Shown: positions 1 to 9,539 of the stretch, in pieces
Position numbering within the stretch: position 1 is the stretch's first letter
Layout: the number at the start of each line of letters is the position of its first letter
Assembly (NCBI GenBank): GCA_038087875.1
Contig: JAXLNO010000523.1
Span: 1 to 52,246 of the forward strand
Direction: 5' to 3'
Source of the DNA: Malacoraja senta
Taxonomy: Eukaryota
DNA length: 52,246 nt
Notes under the pieces: generated by a model
The model's input: the letters and a program-made list of their open reading frames with translations, nothing else
The model's database searches: none
Told to the model about the DNA's origin: nothing
Program-made: the position numbers and the translations under genes

Positions 1-1
1 G

Positions 2-936
2 GTACAGGCACTAAGGAATCATGCAGGCCATTACAGCAGACACATGCAATTACCAATTGAAGCAATTGCTGAAATTCAATGGTGGATTAGAAACATTTTG
101 AATTGTTCCAGCAAAATTTTGTTTGAAGCACCTTCAGTTGTTTTACAGACTGATGTTAGTGCCCTAGGTTGGGGGGCTACTGATACCATCTCTAGCTGTG
201 GGGGCAGATGGAATGTGCATGAGGCATTTATTCTCCAATCACATGGAATTAATTATTTAGAGTTACTGGGAGCATTTTATGGGCTTAAGGCTTATTGTGC
301 CACCAAGCATCACTTACATGTTCAGCTTCAGATTGACAACACCACGGCAGTGGCGTATGTGAATTATATGGGTGGAATCAAGTCGGAATCTTGTGACAGA
401 TTGGCTAACCTTATTTGGCATTGGTGCATTAAAAGAAACATTTGGGTTTCAGCTGTTTACTTGCCGGCAGGTTCAACATGGTGGCAGACACCAGGTCACG
501 CAAATCCAATGACAACACAGAATGGATGTTGAATCATGAAGTATTTAATAAGATTGTTGTTCGATATGGGATGCCAGATATCGATTTGTTTGCATCCAGA
601 CTCAATCACCAGGTGCCGAAGTATGTTTCATGGGAACCAGACCCAGGGGCAGTAGCGGTAGACGCTTTCGCGCTACACTGGGGAGGAGTGTTTATATATG
701 CATTTCCCCCATTCTGCCTCATCAGTCGGTGCATGACCAAGATCAAGCAGGACTCCGCTTCAGGAGTTTTGGTGGTGCCCGACTGGCCTACACAGCCATG
801 GTTCCCTCTCATTTCGGACATTATAACTGAGCCAATTATGGTGGTTCCAAAATGTCATAACCTATTGGTAAACCCTGTGACTGGAGATCAACACCCGTTG
901 TATGATTGTATTAATTTGTTAATTTGCAGGTTTTAA
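2..936 (+). pseudogene. DIRS pol C-terminus: RNase H plus DNA N6-adenine methyltransferase-like domain, frameshifted near 465
   Basis: RNase H motifs LQTDVSALGWG, INYLELL, IDNTTAVAYVNYMGG. ORF 44-532 joins ORF 442-936 as SAVYLP/GRFNMVAD if one base is restored. MT-like motifs DIDLFAS, YAFPPF and PDWPTQPWFP. Confidence 0.88.
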
Positions 937-969
937 GGAGACCCGGGTCTGGGACTATCCAATCGGACC

Positions 970-1867
970 GTGGATATCATCACATCATCCTGGAGGGATA
1001 GTACAAAAAAGCAGTACCTCTCTCATGTCAGGAAGTGGGAGGCGTTTTGCTTTAAAGGGAACCTTACTTACCAAACAGTTTCCATCCCAGATGTGTTGGA
1101 GTTTCTCTCCAAATTGTATTTTGATGAGGATTTAAGTTATAGTGCCATCAATACTGCCAGGAGTGCTCTGTCATCGTATTTATGTTTGAGGTCAGAACTA
1201 CAGTCTGTAGGATCTCATCCGTTAATATCTCGATTTAAGAAGGGTGTTTTTAATTCCAATCCCCCCAGGCCTAGATATACAGAAATCTTGGATGTCAGTG
1301 TGGTATTCACGCTGCTTCATCTGCTTGAAATTGGTTATGCTCATGGCGTTAGTGTCAGCGCAGAGGGTTCTGACTCTGCGGAAATTGAGACTGGACAGGA
1401 TGGTGTCATCTGGGAATGACGTTCTGTTCTGCATATATGATCTCATAAAACAGAGCAGACCAGGGGTGTCAGGAGTCAAGCTTCTACTCTCACCGTATCC
1501 CACGGATTTACGACTGTGGTGTGGGGTGGCGCACTTGTGGTCTTATATTGAGGTCACCAAGGGCCTCAGAGGATTGGAAGTACAATTGTTTATTAGCCAC
1601 AAAAAGCCACATGGGAAAGTGTCGGTCCAGACCATCTCAAGATGGCTGAAACAAGTATTGGTTTTTGCAGGAGTTAATACTGACAATTTTAAATCTCACT
1701 CCACCAGGGCGGCATCAACGTCAGCAGCAAGGGCAATGGACGTCCCTCTAGACCATATCCTCGCGGCCGCAGGATGGTCAAATGAACTGACTTTTCACCG
1801 GTTTTATAATAAACCACTTATCGAAACCGGGGTGTTCTCCCATTCTATTTTAAGTTCTGTTTCCTAG
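970..1867 (+). pseudogene. DIRS tyrosine recombinase (N-terminal binding domain plus catalytic domain), frame broken near 1315-1325
   Basis: N-terminal SWRDSTKKQY...SYSAINTARSALS...HPLISRFKKG. Catalytic R (SAQR), K (IKQSRPG), HSTR, AAGWS and RFY lie in a different frame. Confidence 0.9.
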
Positions 1868-2087
1868 CTTCCCCCTGGGAGAGAGGGGTCGCTATTGTAT
1901 TTTCTTTATTTGTTTGTGAATTAAAGCAACATGTCAATCTGTACCATGTTTCAATGTATTGCTCATTCATTATTCACTCCTCCTGAGTCAACTGATGCAG
2001 TGTGAGACGCCTGGATTAGTATCTACAGCATGAAATCACAGAGCTTTGAAATCTTCATGGAATCACTCACGTGACTCCGAAGTAAAA

Positions 2088-2385
2088 TAGTAAGATTAAA
2101 CGAGAACTTACCAGTTTGAAGTTTGATCTTTATTTTATGAGGAGTTACGATGAGCGATTACGTGCCCACCGCTCCCGGCCCTCAATATTATAAAGGTCAA
2201 CTGGAAGGTCCATTTTATATTCTTACTACGTTACTTCAGTTACGTTTTATCTGCGATCTCACACCGCTGCTTTGAAGATTGACGCGCATGCGGCTGGACG
2301 GGATTCTTCACGTAATCGCTCATCGTAACTCCTCATAAAATAAAGATCAAACATCAAACTGGTAAGCTCTCGTTTAATCTTACTA
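2088..2385. repeat. 77-bp inverted repeat (2088-2164 vs 2309-2385): DIRS internal complementary region and right terminus
   Basis: TAGTAAGATTAAACGAG...GCGATTACGTG is the reverse complement of CACGTAATCGC...CTTACTA with 2 mismatches (75/77). Confidence 0.9.
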
Positions 2386-2507
2386 GTCTATTGTTATAAG
2401 CTGGAGCATGTGGAGTTATAGCGGGTGAGTGTGCACTGGCAGCACTCTGGATCACGATCGAAGCCGGGTCCATGACCGGCCGTGCCGCCCCTAACATGGG
2501 CACTTAC

Positions 2508-2620
2508 GCTGGCATCATCTCAGGGGTGGGTGTGTGCGAGCTGGAAACCAGCAGTGAACCAGAGTGCCAGCCTGGCTTGACTTTGCAGCATCTCGCCAGC
2601 CCTCCTTTTGTTTGCACGAA
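2508..2620 (-). CDS. Candidate internal exon of an unidentified host gene (FVQTKGGLARCCKVKPGWHSGSLLVSSSHTPTPEMMP)
   Basis: Unique sequence with acceptor gtctccttcacag and donor gtaagtg on the minus strand. Only one frame is open. Peptide not recognised. Confidence 0.3.
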
Positions 2621-2849
2621 CTGTGAAGGAGACGTGTGTATTTATGTCAGCTCTCTCACACTGAGATCCCTCTGAGTGCTTCGTATAATGCCCCGCATTG
2701 ACGGCCAGTGATTATTGCTCTCTCAGGAAACATGACAGCCAAGGTTCTGTGCCAAGGAACATCCCCCCACACAGTCCTGGATCCCGTTGGTCTTCGCCTG
2801 TTTGGAATATTTTTCCAATCCACTGGCAACGTTTGAACAAAGCAGTCTT

Positions 2850-2985
2850 TTTTCGTTTTTAGGGGTACAAGTCCACCGGCCCAGCAAGTCCGCACCGACC
2901 CGCGATCACCCCGTACACGAGCACTATCCTACACACACTGGGGACAATTTACATTTCCTATCGGAGCCAATTCCCCAACAAACCT
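2850..2985 (-). mobile_element. HE1-type SINE, 3' fragment
   Basis: Matches the reverse complement of the 3' part of the SINE at 44188-44480 (gtccgcaccgacc..gcgatc, gggacaattta). Confidence 0.7.
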
Positions 2986-3117
2986 GAGATAGACACAAAA
3001 TGCTGGCACTGGCTCGAAGGGCCGAATGGCCTACTCCAGCACCTATTGTCTATTGTAACTCAGCGGGACAGGCAGCATCTCGGGAGAGTAGGTATGGGAG
3101 ATGTTTCGGGTCGAAAC
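2985..3117 (-). mobile_element. Penelope-derived end fragment, inverted partner of 4149-4250, with a small CR1-tail insert
   Basis: agatagacacaaaatgctgg...aactcagcgggacaggcagcatctc...gtttcggg matches the Penelope terminal sequence seen at 23797-24078. Confidence 0.7.
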
Positions 3118-3118
3118 A

Positions 3119-4134
3119 TTAATAATAATAAGAATACATTTTATTTATGTCCGCCTTTCAAAGGTCTCAAGGACACCTTACAAAGTTTAACAAATAGTAG
3201 AGACATGTAAGCGGAATGAAATAAATAGTAAAGACATCACCAGTACACAAATTAAAGAGAGAATTCAATCCAAAAACAAAAATCAAAAACACAATATGGA
3301 AGAGAGAGCAGCGGTTGCTAAACCGCGCCAGCGTCCACTCTCCCCTCCGGCCGCCATCTTGGACATAGACTAACATAGACACTACACATTACACACAAAA
3401 TCATCCCCCCACAATGGTTACCACTGTGTGGGGGAAGGCACAATGTCCAGTCCCCATCGCCAGTTCACCCAAAGTCAGGCCTATTGAGGCCTGCACAGTT
3501 GCCTCTACGGAGGCCCCATGTTCCTGGCCGTTTTCACCGGGTGCAGTTGTCCCGGCGTCAGGAGAGTCCTCGCAGCGGCTGGGTCACCTGGAGTGGCAGG
3601 TTTCCTACCGGAGTCCGTGGCACCTGAAGCCGACAAGGCCGCGCCGGTTTGGAGCTCCGAGGCTCCCGATGTTGGAGTCGGGGCCGCCACCGAAGCTGGT
3701 CGCTCCGCAGTCCCGCAGCCCGGAGGTGTTGAGCTCGTCGGTCACAGCTCACCGGAGCTCCAGCGCGTCGATCCAGCGCGGCGATCCAGCGCGTCGATCC
3801 AGGCAAGGCATCGCCCGCTCCGCTCCGCGATAGCGCTCCAGCGCTGTGCCGCCACCGGAGCTGAAGGTGCTGGGCAGTCCCCGCCAGGAAACGCCGCTCC
3901 ACGTCTGCTGGTAGGCCGCAAGGACGGGTCGACGAGGCAGCCTGGAGAAAAAGCTGCCTCACCGACCAGGTAGGGACCTAGAAATAGTTTCCCCCTTACC
4001 CCCCCCCCCCCCACATTAAAAGTCAAAATTCCCCATAGACAAAAACAAGAAAAAAAACTAAAATCTAAGTAAAAAAAGTGAAATTAACAGACGGCTGCTG
4101 GTTAGCGGCCGTTCCCCAAGATAGCTCCTCCTCC
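3119..4134 (-). mobile_element. GC-rich ~1-kb non-autonomous retroposon, 'family A', L2-like 3' tail
   Basis: Colinear with 14876-15860 in the opposite orientation. The 3' end reads gtaaggtgtccttgag...aaataaaatgtatt(att)n. No conserved ORF. Confidence 0.75.
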
Positions 4135-4148
4135 TGAGGGTTAGGGTT

Positions 4149-4250
4149 GCCCGAAACGTCACCCATTCCTTCTCTCCAGAGATGCTGCCTGTCCCACTGA
4201 GTTACTCCAGCATTTTGTGTCTATCTTTGGTTTAAACCAGCACCTGCATA
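4149..4250 (+). mobile_element. Penelope-derived terminal fragment
   Basis: cccgaaacgtcacccattccttctctccagagatgctgcctgtccc.ctgagttactccagc. Confidence 0.75.
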
Positions 4251-4425
4251 TAACCTACAAACCTGTAGGTCTTTGGAGTGTTGGAGGAAACCAGAGCACC
4301 CGGAGGAAACCCCCACGCGGGTCACGGGGAGAACGTACAAACTCCGTACACACAGCACCCGCGATCAGGTTCGAAGCCGACTCTCTACTGCTGAAAGGCA
4401 GCAAATCTACCGCTTTGCTGTACCA
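4250..4425 (-). mobile_element. HE1-type SINE, 5' part
   Basis: Reverse complement of the central domain gagtttgtacgttctccccgtgacc..gggtttcctccgggtgctc. Confidence 0.8.
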
Positions 4426-4744
4426 TGCTGCCTGTCCTGAATTACACAAGGGTTTGGCCTCGATTGACTGTGGCCCTCCTTGACAGTCCAAGCTGGGTCA
4501 TTCTTACCTGGGCCCACCGCAGCTCTCTCCTCTCCCTGTCCAATTCCCCCAGTGTAGATGACTTGCTCTCTCATTCCCTCAGGCCATTTCTGCCAGTCTG
4601 TGATTTTGGCGCACTTTCTCCCTCTCTCTATTCATGGAGTTTAATCTGCCGGACATGCCCCACAGGCCTGCTATTAACAACACAACACACAGACAATGAC
4701 ATACAGTGCTCTTTCAAATGCCACATTAACCCATTAGGGCTCAG

Positions 4745-5777
4745 AACATAGAAAAACATAGACAAATATGTGCAGGAATAGGCCTTTCGGCCCTTCGAGC
4801 CTGCACTGCCATTCAATATGATCATGGCTAATCATCCTAAATCACTACCCCGTTCCTGCTTTTTCCCACATATCCCTTGATTCCGTTAGCCCTAAGAGTG
4901 AAATCTAGCTCTCGCTTGAAAACAACCAGTGAATTGGCCTCCACCGCCTTCTGTGGCAGAGAATTCCACACAGGGCTCTGGTGAGACCACATCTGGAGTA
5001 TTGTGTACAGTTTTGGTCTCCTAATTTGAGGAAGGACATCCTTGTGATTGAGGCAGTGCAGTGTAGGTTCACGAGATTGATCCCTGGGATGGCGGGACCG
5101 TCATATGAGGAAGGATTGAAAAGACTAGGCTTGTATTCACTGGAGTTTAGAAGGATGAGGGGGATCTTATAGAAACATATAAAATTATAAAAAGACTGGA
5201 CAAGCTAGATGCAGGAAAAATGTTCCCAATGTTGGGCGAGTCCAGAACCAGGGGCCACAGTCTTAGAATAAAGGGGAGGCCATTTAAGACTGAGGTGAGA
5301 AAAACGTTTTCACCCAGAGGGTTGTGAATTTGTGGAATTCCCTGCCACAGAGGGCAGTGGAGGCCAATTCACTGGATGGATTTAAGAGAGAGTTAGATAG
5401 AGCTCTAGGGGCTAGTGGAATCAAGGGATATGGGGAGAAGGCAGGCACGGGTTATTGATTGGGGACGATCAGCCATGATCACAATGAATGGCGGTGCTGG
5501 CTCGAAGGGCCGAATGGCCTCCTCCTGCACCTATTTTCTATGTTTCTATGTTTCTATGATTCTCAACTCTCTGGGTGAAAAGGTTGTTCCTCATCTCAGT
5601 CCTAAATGGCCTATCCCTTATTCTTAAACTGTGTGACCCCTGGTTCTGGACTCCCCCCAACATCGGGAACATTTCTCCTGCATCTCGCCTGTGCAATCCT
5701 TTAAGCATTTTGTATGTTTCCATAAGATTCCCTCTCATCCTTCTAAACTCTAGTGAATACAAGCCCAGTCGACCCAT
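4745..5777 (-). mobile_element. CR1/HER1 LINE 3' fragment, split by a second CR1
   Basis: 4745-4970 (tail) and 5560-5777 ([13 protein letters not shown]...) rejoin at gaattccaca/gattc. Confidence 0.85.
4972..5557 (+). mobile_element. CR1/HER1 LINE 3' fragment (nested)
   Basis: [13 protein letters not shown]...[13 protein letters not shown], (TTTCTATG)n tail. Confidence 0.92.
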
Positions 5778-5924
5778 ATTGGCTCACATTCTCTCGCTCT
5801 CTATTCATGGAGTTTAATCTGCCGGGTATGTCCCACAGTGACAGGCCTGCTATTAACATCACACCACATAGACAAAGAAATATAGTGCATTTCCAAAGGC
5901 CACATTAACCCATTAGGTCTCACT

Positions 5925-6630
5925 CTATGAGAAAGCGTTTGACAACACTGGGCCTGTTCTCGCTGGAGTTTAGAAGGATGAGGGGGAGACCTCATTGAAA
6001 CTTACCGAATAGTGAAAGGCCTGGATAGAGTGGATGTGGTGAGGATGTTTCCACTCGTGGGAGAGTCTAGGACCAGAGGTCACAGCCTCAGAATTAAAGG
6101 ATGTTCCTTTAGGAAGGAGATGAGGAGGAATTTCTTTAGTCAGAGGGTGGTGAATCTGTGGGATTCTTTGCCACAGAAGGCTGTGGAGGCCACAAGTCAG
6201 TGGATATATTTAAGGCAGAGATAGATAGATTCTCGATTAGTACGGGTGTCAGGGGTTAAGGGGAGACGGCAGGAGAATGGGGTAAGGAGGGAGAGATAGA
6301 TCAGCCATGATTGAATGGTGGAAGTAAACCTGATGGGCCGAATGGCCTAATTCTAATCCTATTCCTTATGACCTTATGAATTTCTTTGGTAGACTAAAAT
6401 GCTGGAGAAACTCAGCGGGTGAGGCAGCACCTATGGAGCGGAGGAAATAGGCAACGTTTCGGGTCAGGACCCTTCTTCAGACTGAATTTCTTTAGTCAGA
6501 GGGTGGTGAATCTGTGGAATTCATTGCCACAGAGGGCTGTGGAGGCCAAGTCAGTGGATATTTTTAAGGCGGAGATAGATTTTTAATTAGTACAGGTGTC
6601 AGGGGTTATGGGGAGAAGGCAGGAGAAGAT
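5925..6630 (+). mobile_element. CR1 LINE 3' fragments (second subfamily)
   Basis: KGLDRVDV.RMFPLVGESRTRGHSLRIKG...FFSQRVVNLW, partly repeated at 6485-6630. Confidence 0.85.
6388..6482 (-). mobile_element. Penelope-derived 95-bp mini-insertion with a hammerhead-like motif
   Basis: TSD tgaatttcttt (6377-6387 and 6483-6493). Minus strand begins gtCTGAAGAagggtcctgacccGAAAcgtt. Confidence 0.8.
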
Positions 6631-6924
6631 AGAACACATCCTACATACACTCACGGGGAAAACATACAAACTCCGTACGGACAAGCACCTGTGGTCGGGA
6701 TCGAACCCGGGTCTCTGGCGCTTTGAGGCAGCAACTCTACCGCTGTGACTGGTACTTAGGTACATGTGGCAATAAAGTATCTTTGAATCATCGAATGTAA
6801 AGGTGCATCAACAACTTGGAGTCAAAGATACATAGAGTCAATGAGCGTGGAAACAGGCCCTTCGGCCCAACTTGCCCACACTGACCAAGACGCCCTATCT
6901 ACATTAGTCATGCTTGCCTGTGTT

Positions 6925-7967
6925 TAGCAATGTTACAAAATTTTGAGATTTAAAAAATAAAGTCTGCAATTTATCCCATCAGATAAAGCATAAAAAGAAG
7001 TTTAGTTTGACACCTAATTCACTTTCATATCTTCAGTATTAAAGAAGTTATGGCCATTTTCATACTCGGAAATTAGCATCTTGTTCCCTATTGCTTTTCC
7101 ATTGACTTAACACAAAAGCTGTGATCGAGGACAGTCAAAAGCCCATAACTTTCTTAAAAATTAAGATAACTGAAAGAAATTTTCAGTTATTATAGATTGA
7201 AGCATTCTGAAACAAATATGAAACAATCTTACTTAGAAGACATGAAAGTAAAGCATATAATTAGTTAGTTACCTAATTGTAGCTAATTACAAAATTCAAT
7301 TACTAGATCTAAACATCTATCAATTTCTTAAGAATAGATTAACATTTTTAAATAGCCTAAGTGTCCAAATAACATTCACACAATAATTCACAATATAACA
7401 TAATTTTTAAATCTCATTTTGATGAATTTACAGGCCAAATGGAAGGAATTGAATGTTTAATACCTGTAAATTAATGGGCATTTAAATCATCTTGTGAGTG
7501 AGGATTTCTGGAACGCGATCTTTTGGAATGTTCATTTGCGGTGAATTTAACCCCGTATTGGCATGAAAAATACTGCCGTTAGTTCGGGGAATAAAATCAC
7601 CGTTTCGCATGAAAAAATGTGAATTAAAGGCTTCTTAAGAAGCACTTTTATACATTTAAAGAAACCACTTTTGTTTACCTGTCCCGTGTGTGAAATCCGT
7701 CCCCGTTATTGGCGTTGACGCTTCAGGAGCTGCTTTTAAAATTACTCCAGCGCTGACATTGACGATTTAATAAAAATACAAAATTCACAAAACGCCCCTA
7801 GGAATGATTTTTCAGCAAACGCTTGTATTCCAACGAAATATAATTCAGGACAAGGTAGGAGAAACCCGCGTTTTAACCCCGCCCCCCCCTTAAAGGCGCC
7901 AAAATCGCGCACACGGCCAGTGACAGAATTACAGCGCTGCTCAGGGTAAGTTTTTGTAACATACCTA
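6925..7967. mobile_element. AT-rich non-autonomous DNA transposon (hAT-like termini) inserted in a CR1 fragment
   Basis: TIRs TAGCAATGTTACAAAA / TTTTGTAACATACCTA (14/16). TSD ctgtgtt at 6918-6924 and 7968-7974. The flanking CR1 tail (6830-6924, 7968-8085) rejoins. Confidence 0.85.
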
Positions 7968-8089
7968 CTGTGTTTGGCCCATATCCCTCTAAACCTGTCC
8001 TCTCCTTGTACCTGTCCAAATGCCTTTTCAATTGTGTTATAGTAGCTGCCTCAACGACCTCCTCTGGCAGCTCATTCCATACACCTACC

Positions 8090-9100
8090 GCCTATGCAGC
8101 GCCGGAGACCCCGGTTCGATCCTGACTACGGGCGCTGTCTGTTTGGAGTTTGTACGTTCTCCCCGTGACCTGCGTGGGTTATGTCCGAGATCTTCGATCT
8201 CCCCCTCCCCTCACCCACTCACCATCCACAACACCGCAGTCACATCTGTGGGGTCTTTTAAGTTCCTGGGAACCATCATCTCCAAGGACCTTAAGTGGGG
8301 GGGGGGGGGGGGCTACCATCGACTCCACAGTCAAAAAGGCACAACAGAGGATGTACTTCCTACGGCAGCTGAGGAAGCACAATCTGCCACAGGTAATGAT
8401 GGTCCAATTCTATACAGCCATCGTAGAGTCTGTCCTCACCTTCTCCATCATGGTCTGGTTTGGCTCAGCTACCAAGCACGACACCTGGAGGCTGCAGCGA
8501 ATCGTCCGATCAGCAGAGAAGGTTATTGGCTGCAACCTTCCCTCCATTGACGAACTGTACGCTGCAAGGGCCAGGAAGCGAGCGGTCAAGATCATCTCTG
8601 ACCCCTCTCACCCTGGCCACAAACTCTTTGAATCACTTCCCTCTGGAAGGTGACTCCGGACTGTCAAAGCTGCCACAGCCAGACATAAAAACAGTTTTTA
8701 TCCACGAGTAGTTGCTCTACTCAATAACGAAAAATCTGCCATCTTTTGCTCTGGTATTTCATTTCATTCACATGTTTAAACTATAATATTCTACGTGTTA
8801 ACTGTCACTGTATGTCATGTTGTCACTTGCGAGCGGAGCACCAAGGCAAATTCCTTGTATGTGAATACTTGGCCAATAAACTTATTCATTCAGTCATTCA
8901 TTCATTCATTCATTCATTTATTCATTCATTCATTCATTCATGCCTCCCACACTCCAAAGGTTAATTGGCTTGATAAATGTAAAAATTGTCCATAATGGGT
9001 GTAGGATAATGTTAATATGCAGGGATCGCTGGTCAGCACGGACTCGGTGGGCCGAAGGGCCTGTTTCCGCGATGTAGCTCTGAACCAAACTAAACTAAAC
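8090..9100 (+). mobile_element. HE1-type SINE split by a Rex1/Babar insertion (8090-8200 and 8945-9100)
   Basis: B-box ggttcgatcc and central domain, resuming at cctcccacactccaaag and ending gggccgaagggcctgtttcc...(ctaaa)n. Confidence 0.85.
8200..8941 (+). mobile_element. Rex1/Babar-type LINE 3' fragment
   Basis: SFKFLGTIISKDLKW...KKAQQRMYFLRQLRK...DPSHPGHKLFESLPSGR with a frameshift in the G-run and a stop. Ends aataaa plus (TTCA)n. Confidence 0.88.
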
Positions 9101-9539
9101 TCTCTATGTGAAAGTTGCCCCTCAGGTTTGTATTATATCTTTCCCCCCCCTCACCTTAAACCTGCATAGGGTCATTGGAAGTGTCCAGCCCACTCACCTG
9201 GGCATTATTATCGCAGCCGAACCTTTTCCTCACCTCCCCTTTCTACCTGTTATCCGATCGTTTCCAGAATTCCAGAATTCACTGCAGTAGAGTTCCAAAA
9301 ATCTGACACCCTTGGGATTGTAGTGGTGCTATTCCTGCATATTTTCCAGATTATTGGATCTATTAATACCTGAACATAGATTTAGTTCACGTTTCCGAAT
9401 ATTGAAGGAGATGTTCGGGAGTGTTTTTTTTACGCGGAGGGCGGAGGGTGTCTGAAACGCATTGCCAGCGGTGGTGGTGGAGGTTTCTGTTTGATCAAAA
9501 TAGATCGATTGATAAAAATACATCTACTGATGCTCCTGA

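Larger units (their letters stand above)
1..2385 (+). mobile_element. DIRS1-like tyrosine-recombinase retrotransposon, right-hand part (continues upstream of the window), decayed
   Basis: Domain order RNase H, methyltransferase-like, tyrosine recombinase, then an internal complementary region pairing with the terminus. This is the established DIRS1 architecture. Confidence 0.92.
4612..5922 (+). repeat. Diverged ~135-bp direct repeat of otherwise unique sequence (4612-4744 and 5785-5922)
   Basis: Shared blocks ctctctattcatggagtttaatctgccgg, caggcctgctattaaca and gccacattaacccattagg, separated by CR1 insertions. Confidence 0.85.

Noticed and set aside
970..1867. Prophage or bacterial integrase plus methylase system
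   Set aside because: The upstream RNase H, the terminal fold-back and the vertebrate retroposon context identify a DIRS retrotransposon.
3414..4026. Overlapping 60-190-aa ORFs in the GC-rich elements (also 15033-16545 and 27670-28023)
   Set aside because: Low-complexity R/P/G/A translations arise in several frames from high GC, and the frames are not kept between copies.
9270..9365. Possible old Tigger/Tc1-like MITE remnant (cagtagagttccaaaaatctg...)
   Set aside because: No matching second TIR or TA TSD could be established.
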